The notes below the pieces were generated by a model. It saw nothing but the letters and a program-made list of their open reading frames with translations. It made no database searches and had not been told where the DNA came from. A program made the position numbers and the translations under genes. From Nitrosopumilaceae archaeon (GTDB lineage Archaea > Thermoproteota > Nitrososphaeria > Nitrososphaerales > Nitrosopumilaceae), in NCBI GenBank assembly GCA_030697975.1, contig JAUYOQ010000131.1:1-41998 (forward strand): a stretch of DNA of 41,998 nucleotides. The letters run 5' to 3'. This document shows positions 7,944 through 16,771 of this stretch, in pieces; the first letter of the stretch is position 1; every line of letters starts with the position of its first letter.

Positions 7944-8061
7944 GCGTGACCCCAGATGCAGAAGTTTGAGAGATTGCCTCTCATGTCAACGCTTCATATG
8001 CGTTTGACTACACATACTTTCTGCGAGGTCACGCACGTTTAGTCGTTAGGATTTGCATCCT
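7944..8061 (+). ncRNA. candidate structured small RNA of unknown class: three-way junction with a kink-turn-like loop and a 3' hairpin
   Basis: A GC-enriched island in AT-rich intergenic DNA.
- Helices: P1 7944-7951/8027-8034 (8 bp), P2 7958-7965/8016-8024.
- Hairpins: 7967-7972/7978-7983 and 7985-7992/8000-8008, plus 8048-8052/8057-8061.
Strand is tentative. It is based on the GA/GA loop and a G-U pair that only work on the + strand. Confidence 0.35.
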
Positions 8062-8289
8062 TCCGCATTAATTATTGTATGATTTTAAAGTATTTAAGAT
8101 TTTATTATAAATTTTACATAATAATTTTACATATCAACAAATTTTTTATTAGTAAATATCAAAACTTTAAGAAAAAATCAGTTTGTTGTTTTGAATAGTT
8201 GGTAAAAAAATTGTGTTTTTTATGGTATATGTAAAGACGATGTTGATAGCGATAACATCATTGATTGTTTGTTAGGTTCTAAAATCTAA

Positions 8290-8532
8290 ATGATAGTAAA
8301 TTGTAGAATTGTTGATCATATGAAACCTAAGACAAAGAAAAAACTTGAGATGATTATCTTACTTTCACTTATATGGTTTGTAATAACTCTCCCCTTACCT
8401 TGGATAATAACAGCACCATTTGATGATGCCAAGATACAGCTAACCGTGATTTTACAGATTACTGCCTTGATTTCTGTTCCCTTTGTTATACTTGCCATAG
8501 TATGGACTATAAAACCAGAACTAACCACATAG
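8290..8532 (+). CDS. small membrane protein (2 TM), unknown function
   Basis: Two clear hydrophobic helices (LEMIILLSLIWFVITLPLPWII; LQITALISVPFVILAIVWTI). An alternative ATG lies at 8320. I prefer this over the antisense 8316-8528 ORF. Confidence 0.35.
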   Translation: MIVNCRIVDHMKPKTKKKLEMIILLSLIWFVITLPLPWIITAPFDDAKIQLTVILQITALISVPFVILAIVWTIKPELTT

Positions 8533-8539
8533 TCTAAAG

Positions 8540-9082
8540 TCAGTTTTTAAACCATGGTTGTTGTTCTAGATAATCAATTTCTTTTATTATTTCCTGAATC
8601 TTTTTTGTTATAATTATTTGGGATTGGAACTGTTCAAACATTGCAGTTTCTTCTTCTTGTGAGAGAACTTCTTTTTCTGTTTTTGAAAAGAATTCTTCTT
8701 CCTTAGACAAGTGGTCTTTTAGGTAAATCGAATAGGTTCGTAAAAACCTTGCAACAGGCTCGCTTGTGTTAATGCCGTTTTTCCATTGTTGAAGGTATTT
8801 TGCTATGTTTTTTGCTATTCTACGGCTAAACTCATGCTCTATCATAAAGACTCTAATTTCCTTTTTTAGCGTACCATAACTTCCAACACAGGCAAAATAC
8901 GAATCCTCCTCTCTTGAATAGTGAATAGAGTCCAAAAACTCTAGGATGATTAGGTTAATTTTTTCAAGATCCGAAAACGGGACTATTTTTTGTTCGTAGA
9001 TATTCTGGTAGCATTTTAGGATGATTTTCTCTAATCTTTTAATTTGCTCGTGGTCTTTCCTAAGTACATCTGTTGCACTCAT
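8540..9082 (-). CDS. hemerythrin-like (HHE cation-binding) domain protein
   Basis: Spaced H/E motifs: LRKDHEQI, HYSREED, MIEHEF, LKDHLSKEEEFF. Confidence 0.55.
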   Translation of the reverse strand: MSATDVLRKDHEQIKRLEKIILKCYQNIYEQKIVPFSDLEKINLIILEFLDSIHYSREEDSYFACVGSYGTLKKEIRVFMIEHEFSRRIAKNIAKYLQQWKNGINTSEPVARFLRTYSIYLKDHLSKEEEFFSKTEKEVLSQEEETAMFEQFQSQIIITKKIQEIIKEIDYLEQQPWFKN

Positions 9083-9124
9083 AGTTGTTTTAAAAAATTG
9101 ATTTGTATATAATTCGATAATGAA

Positions 9125-9961
9125 TTATGTTACAGTAAAGAGGATGACTTTTTTTGGATTATATTGAATAATGCCAAAATGAATTTGGCCAAATCTATTG
9201 CCATAATATCCTTCTGGGCCACCAAGCCCCAATCGAATTAGATAGTTGCTGGTGTTCTTTATTTCAAATTCTTTTTTTCCAAGTGAAAATTCCCCAAATT
9301 TCTCATTTTCTGTTTTTGTTGAGTTATAGATTTCGTTAATTGACTCATTATCTTGTTCTATTGCAGTTTCCAAATGTTGATGACCGCATAAGATTACAAA
9401 GTTATCAAGATTTTTTCTACTTTCTTTAAACGCAGATGATGCAGTATAATGATATCCAGAGTAGCTAAAGTATTCAAAATCCTCTTCAGATAGCCTCTGC
9501 CATGTTCGTTGGTACAACCACGATTCCTGACCTGCATTTAGTGGTGTTATTTTTTGTGGATCAAGTGTACCACCATGAACAAACACTAGGCCATTTTTTT
9601 TATCGATAAACTGCTGATGGCCAAAAGTTTCATCGTCATTTTGTTTAAAAAATCCAAGCTCGTTTTCAGTTAATGATTGATGAGCTGCAAAGCTTTCAAG
9701 TGTGCTTCCACTTACAGGTCGTTTATACAAAAAAGCTTCATCATGGTTTCCCATAATAGAGGTTAGAGAATAGGTTTTTTCAAGTAAGGTCAATTTTTTT
9801 AAAACTTCGCTTGGATGTGTACCACGTTCTAAGATATCACCTAGATTAATAATTCGTGAGTATTCACCATACTTTTTTTTGAACTCTAACAGATTTGCTA
9901 TGTTCAAAATTGTATCAAGTGCATTAATGTCTGCATGAATGTCAGAGAATACAAGATCCAT
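9125..9961 (-). CDS. metallophosphoesterase (calcineurin-like)
   Basis: Motifs appear in the canonical order: DIHAD, GDILERG, GNHD, VHGG, GHQH. Confidence 0.75.
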   Translation of the reverse strand: MDLVFSDIHADINALDTILNIANLLEFKKKYGEYSRIINLGDILERGTHPSEVLKKLTLLEKTYSLTSIMGNHDEAFLYKRPVSGSTLESFAAHQSLTENELGFFKQNDDETFGHQQFIDKKNGLVFVHGGTLDPQKITPLNAGQESWLYQRTWQRLSEEDFEYFSYSGYHYTASSAFKESRKNLDNFVILCGHQHLETAIEQDNESINEIYNSTKTENEKFGEFSLGKKEFEIKNTSNYLIRLGLGGPEGYYGNRFGQIHFGIIQYNPKKVILFTVT

Positions 9962-10025
9962 TGTTTTGTTTTTTGTTCTTAGGTTAATTTCTAATTTATC
10001 AAAAATTTATGATAGTTAATGGTAG

Positions 10026-10940
10026 TTAAATTGTTAAAGAATCCTTCAAACCTTTGTATCGATTTCGTATAGTTACTTCTGTGACATTGGCTGCCTCTGC
10101 AATATCTCTCTGAGTTTTGTCCTCCCCGTTTTTGACACATGACAAGTATAGTGCTGCGGCGGCAAGCCCCATTGGGTCTTTTCCTGCCGAAACCTCATTT
10201 TTTTGTGCGTCTTGAAGTACTTTGATTGCATAGCGTTTTGTTTTTTCTGCGATTCCAATAACACTTGCAATTCTAGCTACACATTGAATCGAGTCTGTAA
10301 CTGGCATCTTTAGATCCAGTTCTTTTACAAGAAGTCGGTAACACCGAGCAATGTCTTTTCGTTTTATGTTTGCAGCAATTTCTATATCTTTTAGGTTTCG
10401 CGGAGTAGATGTATCACGGCAAGCTGCATAAAGTGCAGCTGCCATTAATGCAGATATTGATCTTCCCCTTACAAGACCTTTGTCCAAGGCCTTTCTGTAA
10501 ATATAGGCTGCTTTTTCTATTACAGCATCAGAGATTGCCAGTTTATCCTTTAACCTGTTAAGCTCGCTAAAGGCCTGTCTAAAGTTTCGATCTACTGGTT
10601 CATGGACCTGACTTCTGCTATCCCATGTTCTGAGGCGTTCAATTGTGCTTTTCATTGATGCAGTTAGTGGTTTTCCAGAAGCATCCTTGTTTACTGGATC
10701 AATTATTGTTGCAAGACCCATATCATGCATAGTAAGTGATGTTGGGGCACCTGCTCTTGCTCTATCTCCATGTTCATCTTGTGTAAAGGAACGCCATTCA
10801 GGACCTGACTCTTGCAGTTTTTCTGACATAACAAAGCCGCATTTTGAGCAAAACAGTTCGCCTGATTCGGTATCAGTTACGAGCTTACCCCTTCCACACC
10901 GTGGACATCGTTCTTTGGTATTTACTACCTCTTTTAGCAT
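10026..10940 (-). CDS. tfb: transcription initiation factor IIB (TFB)
   Basis: N-terminal Zn ribbon CPRCG..x..CSKCG, a B-linker and two cyclin-like repeats. The 304 aa length fits. Confidence 0.95.
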   Translation of the reverse strand: MLKEVVNTKERCPRCGRGKLVTDTESGELFCSKCGFVMSEKLQESGPEWRSFTQDEHGDRARAGAPTSLTMHDMGLATIIDPVNKDASGKPLTASMKSTIERLRTWDSRSQVHEPVDRNFRQAFSELNRLKDKLAISDAVIEKAAYIYRKALDKGLVRGRSISALMAAALYAACRDTSTPRNLKDIEIAANIKRKDIARCYRLLVKELDLKMPVTDSIQCVARIASVIGIAEKTKRYAIKVLQDAQKNEVSAGKDPMGLAAAALYLSCVKNGEDKTQRDIAEAANVTEVTIRNRYKGLKDSLTI

Positions 10941-11160
10941 ATTCTCACTATAGTAGTGTATAAGGTAATAATTGGTATTTATGAATCAACGCCATTTTTT
11001 GCCTAGGCTGATAGATACAGGTTAGGTTGATTACACCAAAATCATTTGAATTAATCAAATACTGTAAAAGAGGATTTTAATACAAAGACCATATGAGGTG
11101 TGTTTTTAGTATGATTAAATGGTAACAATCAAATTTTGAACCTCTATTCCATTCGTATTC

Positions 11161-11742
11161 ATGCAAAAATCCTTAGCTTTCATTATCAAGACATCCTTTG
11201 TATATAGTGCGTTAGCGTTTTTGTTTTCTATAATTGGAGTGTTTTTACCTCCTACGGTAACCTATGTTGTTGGCAACCCTCTAGAAGTTAGTGGTATCAG
11301 TGTTGAGCATATAGTTGGCCATATTATATGGGGGCTGATAGTTTCTGCGTTAAGCCTAAGTCTTAGATATTTTGTTTTAGGAGGTATTTTTCCAATAATT
11401 TTAGACTCTGATCACATAATTCAGTTCTTTGACTTGGAAATGGTGCCGCGAATGGCACATTCTGTTTCGTTTGGGTTTTTAGCGTCTTTTGTCTTGTTAT
11501 TGATTTTTGGAAAACGTGACTATAGGTTAGCTGGCATAGCTTTTGCAGCAATGCTTGCACATGTATCTTTTGATATTTTACTTGGTGGAACAACTAGTTT
11601 TCCGCTTTTAACGCCTTTTGTGGCAGAATTACTTTCATTTCAAGGTAATGATTGGATTATCATACAGCTCATAGCTGTGGCAATAGTGGGAATTTGTACC
11701 ATTATAACAAAAATAGAAGCCAAGAAAAAATTAGTTGCCTAG
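11161..11742 (+). CDS. integral membrane protein, possibly a DUF457-type membrane-bound metal-dependent hydrolase
   Basis: Polytopic, with conserved-looking His/Asp positions (EHIVGHIIWG, DSDHI, AHSVSFG, AHVSFD). Confidence 0.4.
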   Translation: MQKSLAFIIKTSFVYSALAFLFSIIGVFLPPTVTYVVGNPLEVSGISVEHIVGHIIWGLIVSALSLSLRYFVLGGIFPIILDSDHIIQFFDLEMVPRMAHSVSFGFLASFVLLLIFGKRDYRLAGIAFAAMLAHVSFDILLGGTTSFPLLTPFVAELLSFQGNDWIIIQLIAVAIVGICTIITKIEAKKKLVA

Positions 11743-11807
11743 TTTAAGCAACGTTAGATTTTCTCACTATATCAAAACTTAAGAATGTCTTTTTGTTCGT
11801 TGACTTG

Positions 11808-12680
11808 ATGTTTACCACAGTTATAGGTGGAACTGCCTCTCAAGGACTTGCAAAAAAAATCGCAAAAAGACTCAAAGCTAAATATCTTAATTCAGAGATT
11901 AAAGTATTTCCTGATGGAGAGTGCAAAATTACAATTTACGGAAAACCAAGAGGCAGAATAATTATTGTTCAGTCAACTTACCCTCCAGTTGATTCAAATC
12001 TAATTCAAGCACTTGCACTTATTTCAAAAGCAAGAGAATACTCTTCCAAGATAATAGCCGTGATTCCATATTTTGGCTATGCCAGACAAGATAGAGAATT
12101 TTTGCTAGGTGAAATTGTAACAATGAAGATGGTAGCCAAGTTATTCAAGGCAGTTGAAGTATCAAAAATTGTTATCGTTGATGTTCATAGCAAAATTGCG
12201 CTAAAACATTTTAAAATTCCTGTTGAGAACATTTCTGCAGTATCAGAACTTGCAAAATATTTCATGAAACTACAACTAAAGAATCCACTAGTTGTTTCAC
12301 CTGATTTTGGTGGAATTTCTAGATCAAGAGAATTTGCAAGGCTTCTCAATACAGATTATACTGCTTTAGTAAAGAGACGAGACAGAAAAACAGGTAATGT
12401 CGAAATAAAGTCTTCAGATCTACGAAATGCTAGTGGAAGAGACGTAATAATAGTAGATGATATGATCAGTACTGGTGGTAGCATAATCAAAGCAGCAGAA
12501 TTTTTAAAAAAGCAAAATTGTGGACGTGTTTTTGTTGCATGTACTCATGCATTACTAATCAATGATGCGGAGAAAAAGATCAGGCAATCAGGTGTATCAA
12601 AGATCATTAGCACTAACACTATTCCTAGCAAAACTGCTGTTGTAGATTCATCTGAAATTATTGTAAAAGCTATCTCGTAA
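11808..12680 (+). CDS. prs: ribose-phosphate pyrophosphokinase
   Basis: PRPP-binding loop DVIIVDDMISTGGS and a YFGYARQDR motif. I prefer ATG 11808 to the track's TTG 11793. Confidence 0.9.
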   Translation: MFTTVIGGTASQGLAKKIAKRLKAKYLNSEIKVFPDGECKITIYGKPRGRIIIVQSTYPPVDSNLIQALALISKAREYSSKIIAVIPYFGYARQDREFLLGEIVTMKMVAKLFKAVEVSKIVIVDVHSKIALKHFKIPVENISAVSELAKYFMKLQLKNPLVVSPDFGGISRSREFARLLNTDYTALVKRRDRKTGNVEIKSSDLRNASGRDVIIVDDMISTGGSIIKAAEFLKKQNCGRVFVACTHALLINDAEKKIRQSGVSKIISTNTIPSKTAVVDSSEIIVKAIS

Positions 12681-12699
12681 ATAGGAAATTTGTTGTAAT

Positions 12700-13599
12700 A
12701 TGAGGTTAATATTTTTGGGAACATCTGCTGCCCAACCAACTTCTAAACGTGCTTTAACATGTATTTGTTTAGAAAAAGATGGCGAGGTTTTGATGTTTGA
12801 TGCAGGTGAAGGCGCACAGATCTCGTATCTAAAATGTGGTTTAGGTTGGAATAAGAAAATGAAGATCTTTGTTACACATCTTCATGGTGATCATTGTATT
12901 GGTATACTTGGATTATTACAGACAATGACATTACAAAACAGAATAGAACCTGTTGAGATTTACGGTCCTGAGGGCATAGAGGAATTCATTGCTTCTAATA
13001 TCAAAATCCTGAATTTTGGTTTGTCATTTCCTGTGATTATTTCAACGGTAAGCGAAGGACTTGTTTTGGAGGATAAAACCTACTTTATCCATGCGTGTGA
13101 GGCAGAGCATTTTATTCCAGCCTTTTCTTATTTATTTCAGGAAAAGGATAAGCCGGGTAAGTTTTATCCAGAAAGAGCAAAAGCGCTAGATATTCCTGAA
13201 GGCGAATTATGGCATAATCTTCAGATGGATCATGAGATAAGAGTGGGGAACAAGACAATTAGGCCTTCTGATGTAATGGGTGAAAAACGTCGTGGAAAAA
13301 AGATAGGAATATCTGGAGACACTAGGCCTACAAAGAAGTTAGAAGATTTTTTTAGAAATTGTAATTATCTTAGTTTTGACTCTACATTTTCAAATGAGTT
13401 AAAAGAAAAGGCAATTGAGACGTGTCATTCTACTGCAAAAGAAGCAGCAATGCTTGCAAAGAATGCTAATGTAGAAAACTTGATTTTAACTCATTTTTCA
13501 GCCAGATATAAAAATGAAGGTGAGTTATTAGCAGAGGCAAAAACAATACATGATTCTGTGATAGCTGCAAAAGATCTTTTAGAAATTGAAATAAAATAG
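12700..13599 (+). CDS. rnz: ribonuclease Z (tRNA 3' endonuclease)
   Basis: Metallo-beta-lactamase motif HLHGDH and C-terminal LTHFSARY. The 299 aa length fits. Confidence 0.85.
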   Translation: MRLIFLGTSAAQPTSKRALTCICLEKDGEVLMFDAGEGAQISYLKCGLGWNKKMKIFVTHLHGDHCIGILGLLQTMTLQNRIEPVEIYGPEGIEEFIASNIKILNFGLSFPVIISTVSEGLVLEDKTYFIHACEAEHFIPAFSYLFQEKDKPGKFYPERAKALDIPEGELWHNLQMDHEIRVGNKTIRPSDVMGEKRRGKKIGISGDTRPTKKLEDFFRNCNYLSFDSTFSNELKEKAIETCHSTAKEAAMLAKNANVENLILTHFSARYKNEGELLAEAKTIHDSVIAAKDLLEIEIK

Positions 13600-13611
13600 C
13601 AACAAAACAAG

Positions 13612-14337
13612 ATGTTTGAACCAGTTTTAGACAAATTGAAAGCAGCAAGAAAAATTGTTTTTGTTACTGGTGCAGGAATGTCTCAAGAGAGTGGCATTCC
13701 TACATTTAGAGGTAAAGATGGTTTATGGAGAAGTTATGATCCTATGAAAATTGCCACTATTGATGCATTTTATGAGAATCCTAAACTGGTGTGGGAATGG
13801 TACGAAGATAGAAGAAGGAATATCGTTGCAGCACAACCAAATCCTGGTCATAATGCTATTGCTGAACTTGAGAGATACAAAGAGGTCGTTGTTTTAACTC
13901 AGAATATTGATGGGTTACATCAAAGAGCTGGAAGTATCAAAGTACTAGAACTCCATGGCAGTATTATTAGAATAAAATGTACTGTTTGTAGTTTTCAAGA
14001 CTATATTGTTTCTAGTTTTGATATGCTTCCTCCCCTCTGTAAATGTGGAAAAATTCTAAGGCCTGATGTAGTATGGTTTGGTGAGCCTCTGCCTCAAGAT
14101 GTATGGACTGAGGCTATAGCATATGCAAATTCTTGTGATGTTATGATAATAGCAGGAACATCTCTTTTGGTATCTCCTGCAAATACCTTACCACTATATG
14201 CCAAACAAAACAATGCTCTCTTAATTGAAATTAATCCCGAAGATACTGTAATGTCAGTTGATATGAATTTAACAATTAGAGGAACTTGTTCAAATATTAT
14301 TCCTAAACTTACCAAAATATTTTCTAAATTAGACTAG
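13612..14337 (+). CDS. cobB: NAD-dependent protein deacylase, Sir2 family
   Basis: GAGMSQESGIPTFRG, QNIDGLH and Zn Cys pairs CTVC...CKCG. Confidence 0.85.
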   Translation: MFEPVLDKLKAARKIVFVTGAGMSQESGIPTFRGKDGLWRSYDPMKIATIDAFYENPKLVWEWYEDRRRNIVAAQPNPGHNAIAELERYKEVVVLTQNIDGLHQRAGSIKVLELHGSIIRIKCTVCSFQDYIVSSFDMLPPLCKCGKILRPDVVWFGEPLPQDVWTEAIAYANSCDVMIIAGTSLLVSPANTLPLYAKQNNALLIEINPEDTVMSVDMNLTIRGTCSNIIPKLTKIFSKLD

Positions 14338-15104
14338 GGTGTCATAAAGACACCATTTATCATACTATTCAGATTCCCAGCTGGTTTGTAAACTGAAGAT
14401 GTAATGGTGCCAAACTCTTTGTGTTCAACAACCATTTCTATTATATGATCTGTGTTTGAAATGTCTGTTATCGATGTTTCAAAGTTTGATGCATAAAATG
14501 TACCTGAGAATAATTCTTTCTCAGAGTTTTTCAAGGTGAACTTGACAGAGATTGTGTTTCCCGAGCTATCAGAGTATCGTACTTTTACATCACCGTTATC
14601 TTGCTGTGTGGTTGTTAGCTGTAATGTTTTAAGAAGTTTTGATTGTAAAACTTCTTTGGCTGAAGTACCATCATCAATGATTGTTGGCTCTTTCGTAATA
14701 TCAGTTGGTGTAGTATTGTCATCTTGTGGTATGATGCCGTCATTTTGTGGAATCTCTTCTTGTGGGGTGATGCCATCATTCTGTGTTGGGATCTCAGTTT
14801 GTGTTGGTACTTGTCCGTCTTCGGTTACTTCACCATGATATGTATATTCTTCAGCTATCTCAGATTCTTGTTCTCCAGTTATTTCCTTATCTGAAAAAAG
14901 TTCAGCGGAGCTGTCTTTTACATTATCAAGTTTTTCTCCAATATTATCAATTGTATTACCAATTCCGTCCTTAAGTCCATCAATATTCTGTTCTACTTTA
15001 TCGATAACTGCAATCTTGTCTTTTAGTGGATTAAATGAGGCAGGTGCAAAAAGAATGAAACCTACTACTAATACTGAAAAAATTAAGGCTAGTTTTAATT
15101 TCAA
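14334..15104 (-). CDS. secreted or anchored protein with P/T/Q/D-rich internal repeats, unknown function
   Basis: N-terminal hydrophobic anchor and the repeat PTQNDGITPQEEIPQNDGIIPQDD. The C-terminal domain is beta-rich. Confidence 0.5.
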   Translation of the reverse strand: MKLKLALIFSVLVVGFILFAPASFNPLKDKIAVIDKVEQNIDGLKDGIGNTIDNIGEKLDNVKDSSAELFSDKEITGEQESEIAEEYTYHGEVTEDGQVPTQTEIPTQNDGITPQEEIPQNDGIIPQDDNTTPTDITKEPTIIDDGTSAKEVLQSKLLKTLQLTTTQQDNGDVKVRYSDSSGNTISVKFTLKNSEKELFSGTFYASNFETSITDISNTDHIIEMVVEHKEFGTITSSVYKPAGNLNSMINGVFMTP

Positions 15105-15208
15105 TTCTTTTGAATTTCTTATTAGTGATAAAAATTGGGAAATTCAAATCAATTGAGTAAATAAGGAAAAAAGCTGACTATTAATTGAATATGGAGTAGG
15201 AATTGGGG

Positions 15209-15619
15209 TTATTGAGAACTTGAGATAAGCCAGTCTATTATGTTCTCAATGTGTTTAGATTGCAAGATTATCTTAATGGGACCAAGAGGGGACTCGTCTG
15301 CATTCTCACATAATGTGGCTATATCGACAAATGCTGCCTGTTTATTCAGATAAAACCATGTAGAATCATCAGTTAGATTTCTTTTCAGATTACGTCCGTA
15401 AACTTTTTGGGTATTGTGAGAATGAATTGTTTTGTGAATGTAGAGTAGACTCTCTAATGTTTCTGAAGTGGCCTTTAGTGAGTCATCTTTTATGTAAATA
15501 GCCATATTAGAAAGAACATTTGAAATCGCACGTTCGACTTTTTGTGGATCTTCAGATGGATTAACTTGGCAATAAGCACTAATCTTACACGAGATATTTG
15601 GAATATTCAGTTTATCCAA
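15209..15619 (-). CDS. UPF0201-like putative RNA-binding protein
   Basis: Size and N-terminal pattern recall the archaeal UPF0201/COG1931 family, and it sits directly downstream of a UPF0200-type P-loop protein. The call is from memory of that conserved pairing. Confidence 0.45.
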   Translation of the reverse strand: MDKLNIPNISCKISAYCQVNPSEDPQKVERAISNVLSNMAIYIKDDSLKATSETLESLLYIHKTIHSHNTQKVYGRNLKRNLTDDSTWFYLNKQAAFVDIATLCENADESPLGPIKIILQSKHIENIIDWLISSSQ

Positions 15620-16164
15620 CCTTTGATGATTTTGTATGTTGTATCAATGAGCTCATTTATTGTCATGTTGTTATTTGAGATGCTTTCGTCTGCAAGCGCA
15701 ATAGAATTGCTTACCCCAACTCCAATTTCTCTTGCATCTCGTTCATTAAAGGTTTCTGGGTTTTGTGGATCATCAGATCTTCCTCGCTTTGTTAAGAAAC
15801 TATAACGTGTATTTGTTGAAGCATGAATGGCAAGAATCTTTACTGTTCCGATTTTTCTTAATACATCGATCTCTGCGTTTGATCTAATTCCATCTATAAC
15901 TACTACAGAAGCATCAGAGGTTGTTATCTGTTCTGGTATTAGTTCAGCAATTGCCCCAGGACCATTTTTTTCTCGGAGCTCAAGCATTAGCTTGCCTAGA
16001 TTTCCCCCAGTTGGTTCTAAATTTCTTTTTTTTGCTTCTGCTCTTACTGCATCACCCATATTGATCACATCAAATCCTTTAGATTTCAGACCGTTTGCTA
16101 TGGTAGATTTACCTGCGCCTGGCATTCCGGTAAGACAAACAATTAGTTTTGACAATCCAATCAT
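15607..16164 (-). CDS. P-loop nucleotide kinase-like protein (UPF0200 / dephospho-CoA-kinase-like)
   Basis: Walker A LTGMPGAGKST at the N-terminus. 185 aa, and it overlaps the downstream gene by 13 nt. Confidence 0.6.
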   Translation of the reverse strand: MIGLSKLIVCLTGMPGAGKSTIANGLKSKGFDVINMGDAVRAEAKKRNLEPTGGNLGKLMLELREKNGPGAIAELIPEQITTSDASVVVIDGIRSNAEIDVLRKIGTVKILAIHASTNTRYSFLTKRGRSDDPQNPETFNERDAREIGVGVSNSIALADESISNNNMTINELIDTTYKIIKGWIN

Positions 16165-16228
16165 CTCATTATGGCTGCTCTATGAAGGTACCGGAAATTA
16201 TTATAAAGATACGATCAAAAAACTTGTA

Positions 16229-16771
16229 ATGCGAACTTTTGTTGCAGTAGAAGTTAGCAACAAAGACGTGTTAGAATCAATAAAAAAAATTCAATCGAGT
16301 TTAAAAATAAATGCAAAACCAATCGAGCTACAAAACATACACTTTACTCTTCAGTTTCTGGGGGAAGTGTCAGATAATATGTTAGAGAATATCCAAAATG
16401 CATTAAGTTCAATTGAGTTTGAGCCTTTTGATGTTAATTTTGAGAACCTTGGAGTGTTTCCAAAACCGCGATTTGCACGTATAATATGGGTTGGTGTTGA
16501 TAAAGATGGGGCAAAACACCTTACGGATCTTGCTAGAAAAGTAACTATTGTGTTATCTCCTCTTGGTTTTAATCCAGACAAACCTTTCCAACCACATGTA
16601 ACTATCTTTAGAGTTAAAAATAAGATTAATGACATCACAGATGAATTGGCAAAAATCAGAGACTCATCATTTGGTAATCAAAGAGTCGGTGATATCAAAT
16701 TAAAAAAAAGTACTCTTACTCCTGAAGGACCTGTATATTCAGACTTGTATGTGGTGAAAGCAAAGCAATGA
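16229..16771 (+). CDS. thpR: RNA 2',3'-cyclic phosphodiesterase / 2'-5' RNA ligase family (2H phosphoesterase)
   Basis: Two H-x-T motifs (HFTLQFLGE and HVTIFR). I use ATG 16229. The track's 15827 start runs antisense through the P-loop gene. Confidence 0.8.
   Translation: MRTFVAVEVSNKDVLESIKKIQSSLKINAKPIELQNIHFTLQFLGEVSDNMLENIQNALSSIEFEPFDVNFENLGVFPKPRFARIIWVGVDKDGAKHLTDLARKVTIVLSPLGFNPDKPFQPHVTIFRVKNKINDITDELAKIRDSSFGNQRVGDIKLKKSTLTPEGPVYSDLYVVKAKQ

Noticed and set aside
7944-8034. Tried to read the structured element as a tRNA (either strand) or as 5S rRNA.
   Set aside because: It has no T-loop (UUCRANY) or D-loop GG. The would-be anticodon stem is 8 bp, and an extra 16-nt strand pairs to form a long P2. 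The arms are too short for 5S rRNA, and conserved 5S loop motifs are absent. It is kept only as an unclassified RNA candidate.
8110-8133. Tandem AATTTTACATA x2 (13-bp period) and other short repeats in the 8070-8290 AT-rich spacer.
   Set aside because: In DNA this AT-rich, short repeats like this are expected by chance. They probably just reflect TATA-like promoter sequence for the downstream small gene.
15827-16228. N-terminal 134 codons of the 314-aa track ORF.
   Set aside because: This part is antisense to the UPF0200 P-loop gene. The 2H-phosphoesterase homology begins at the internal ATG 16229, in the intergenic gap.
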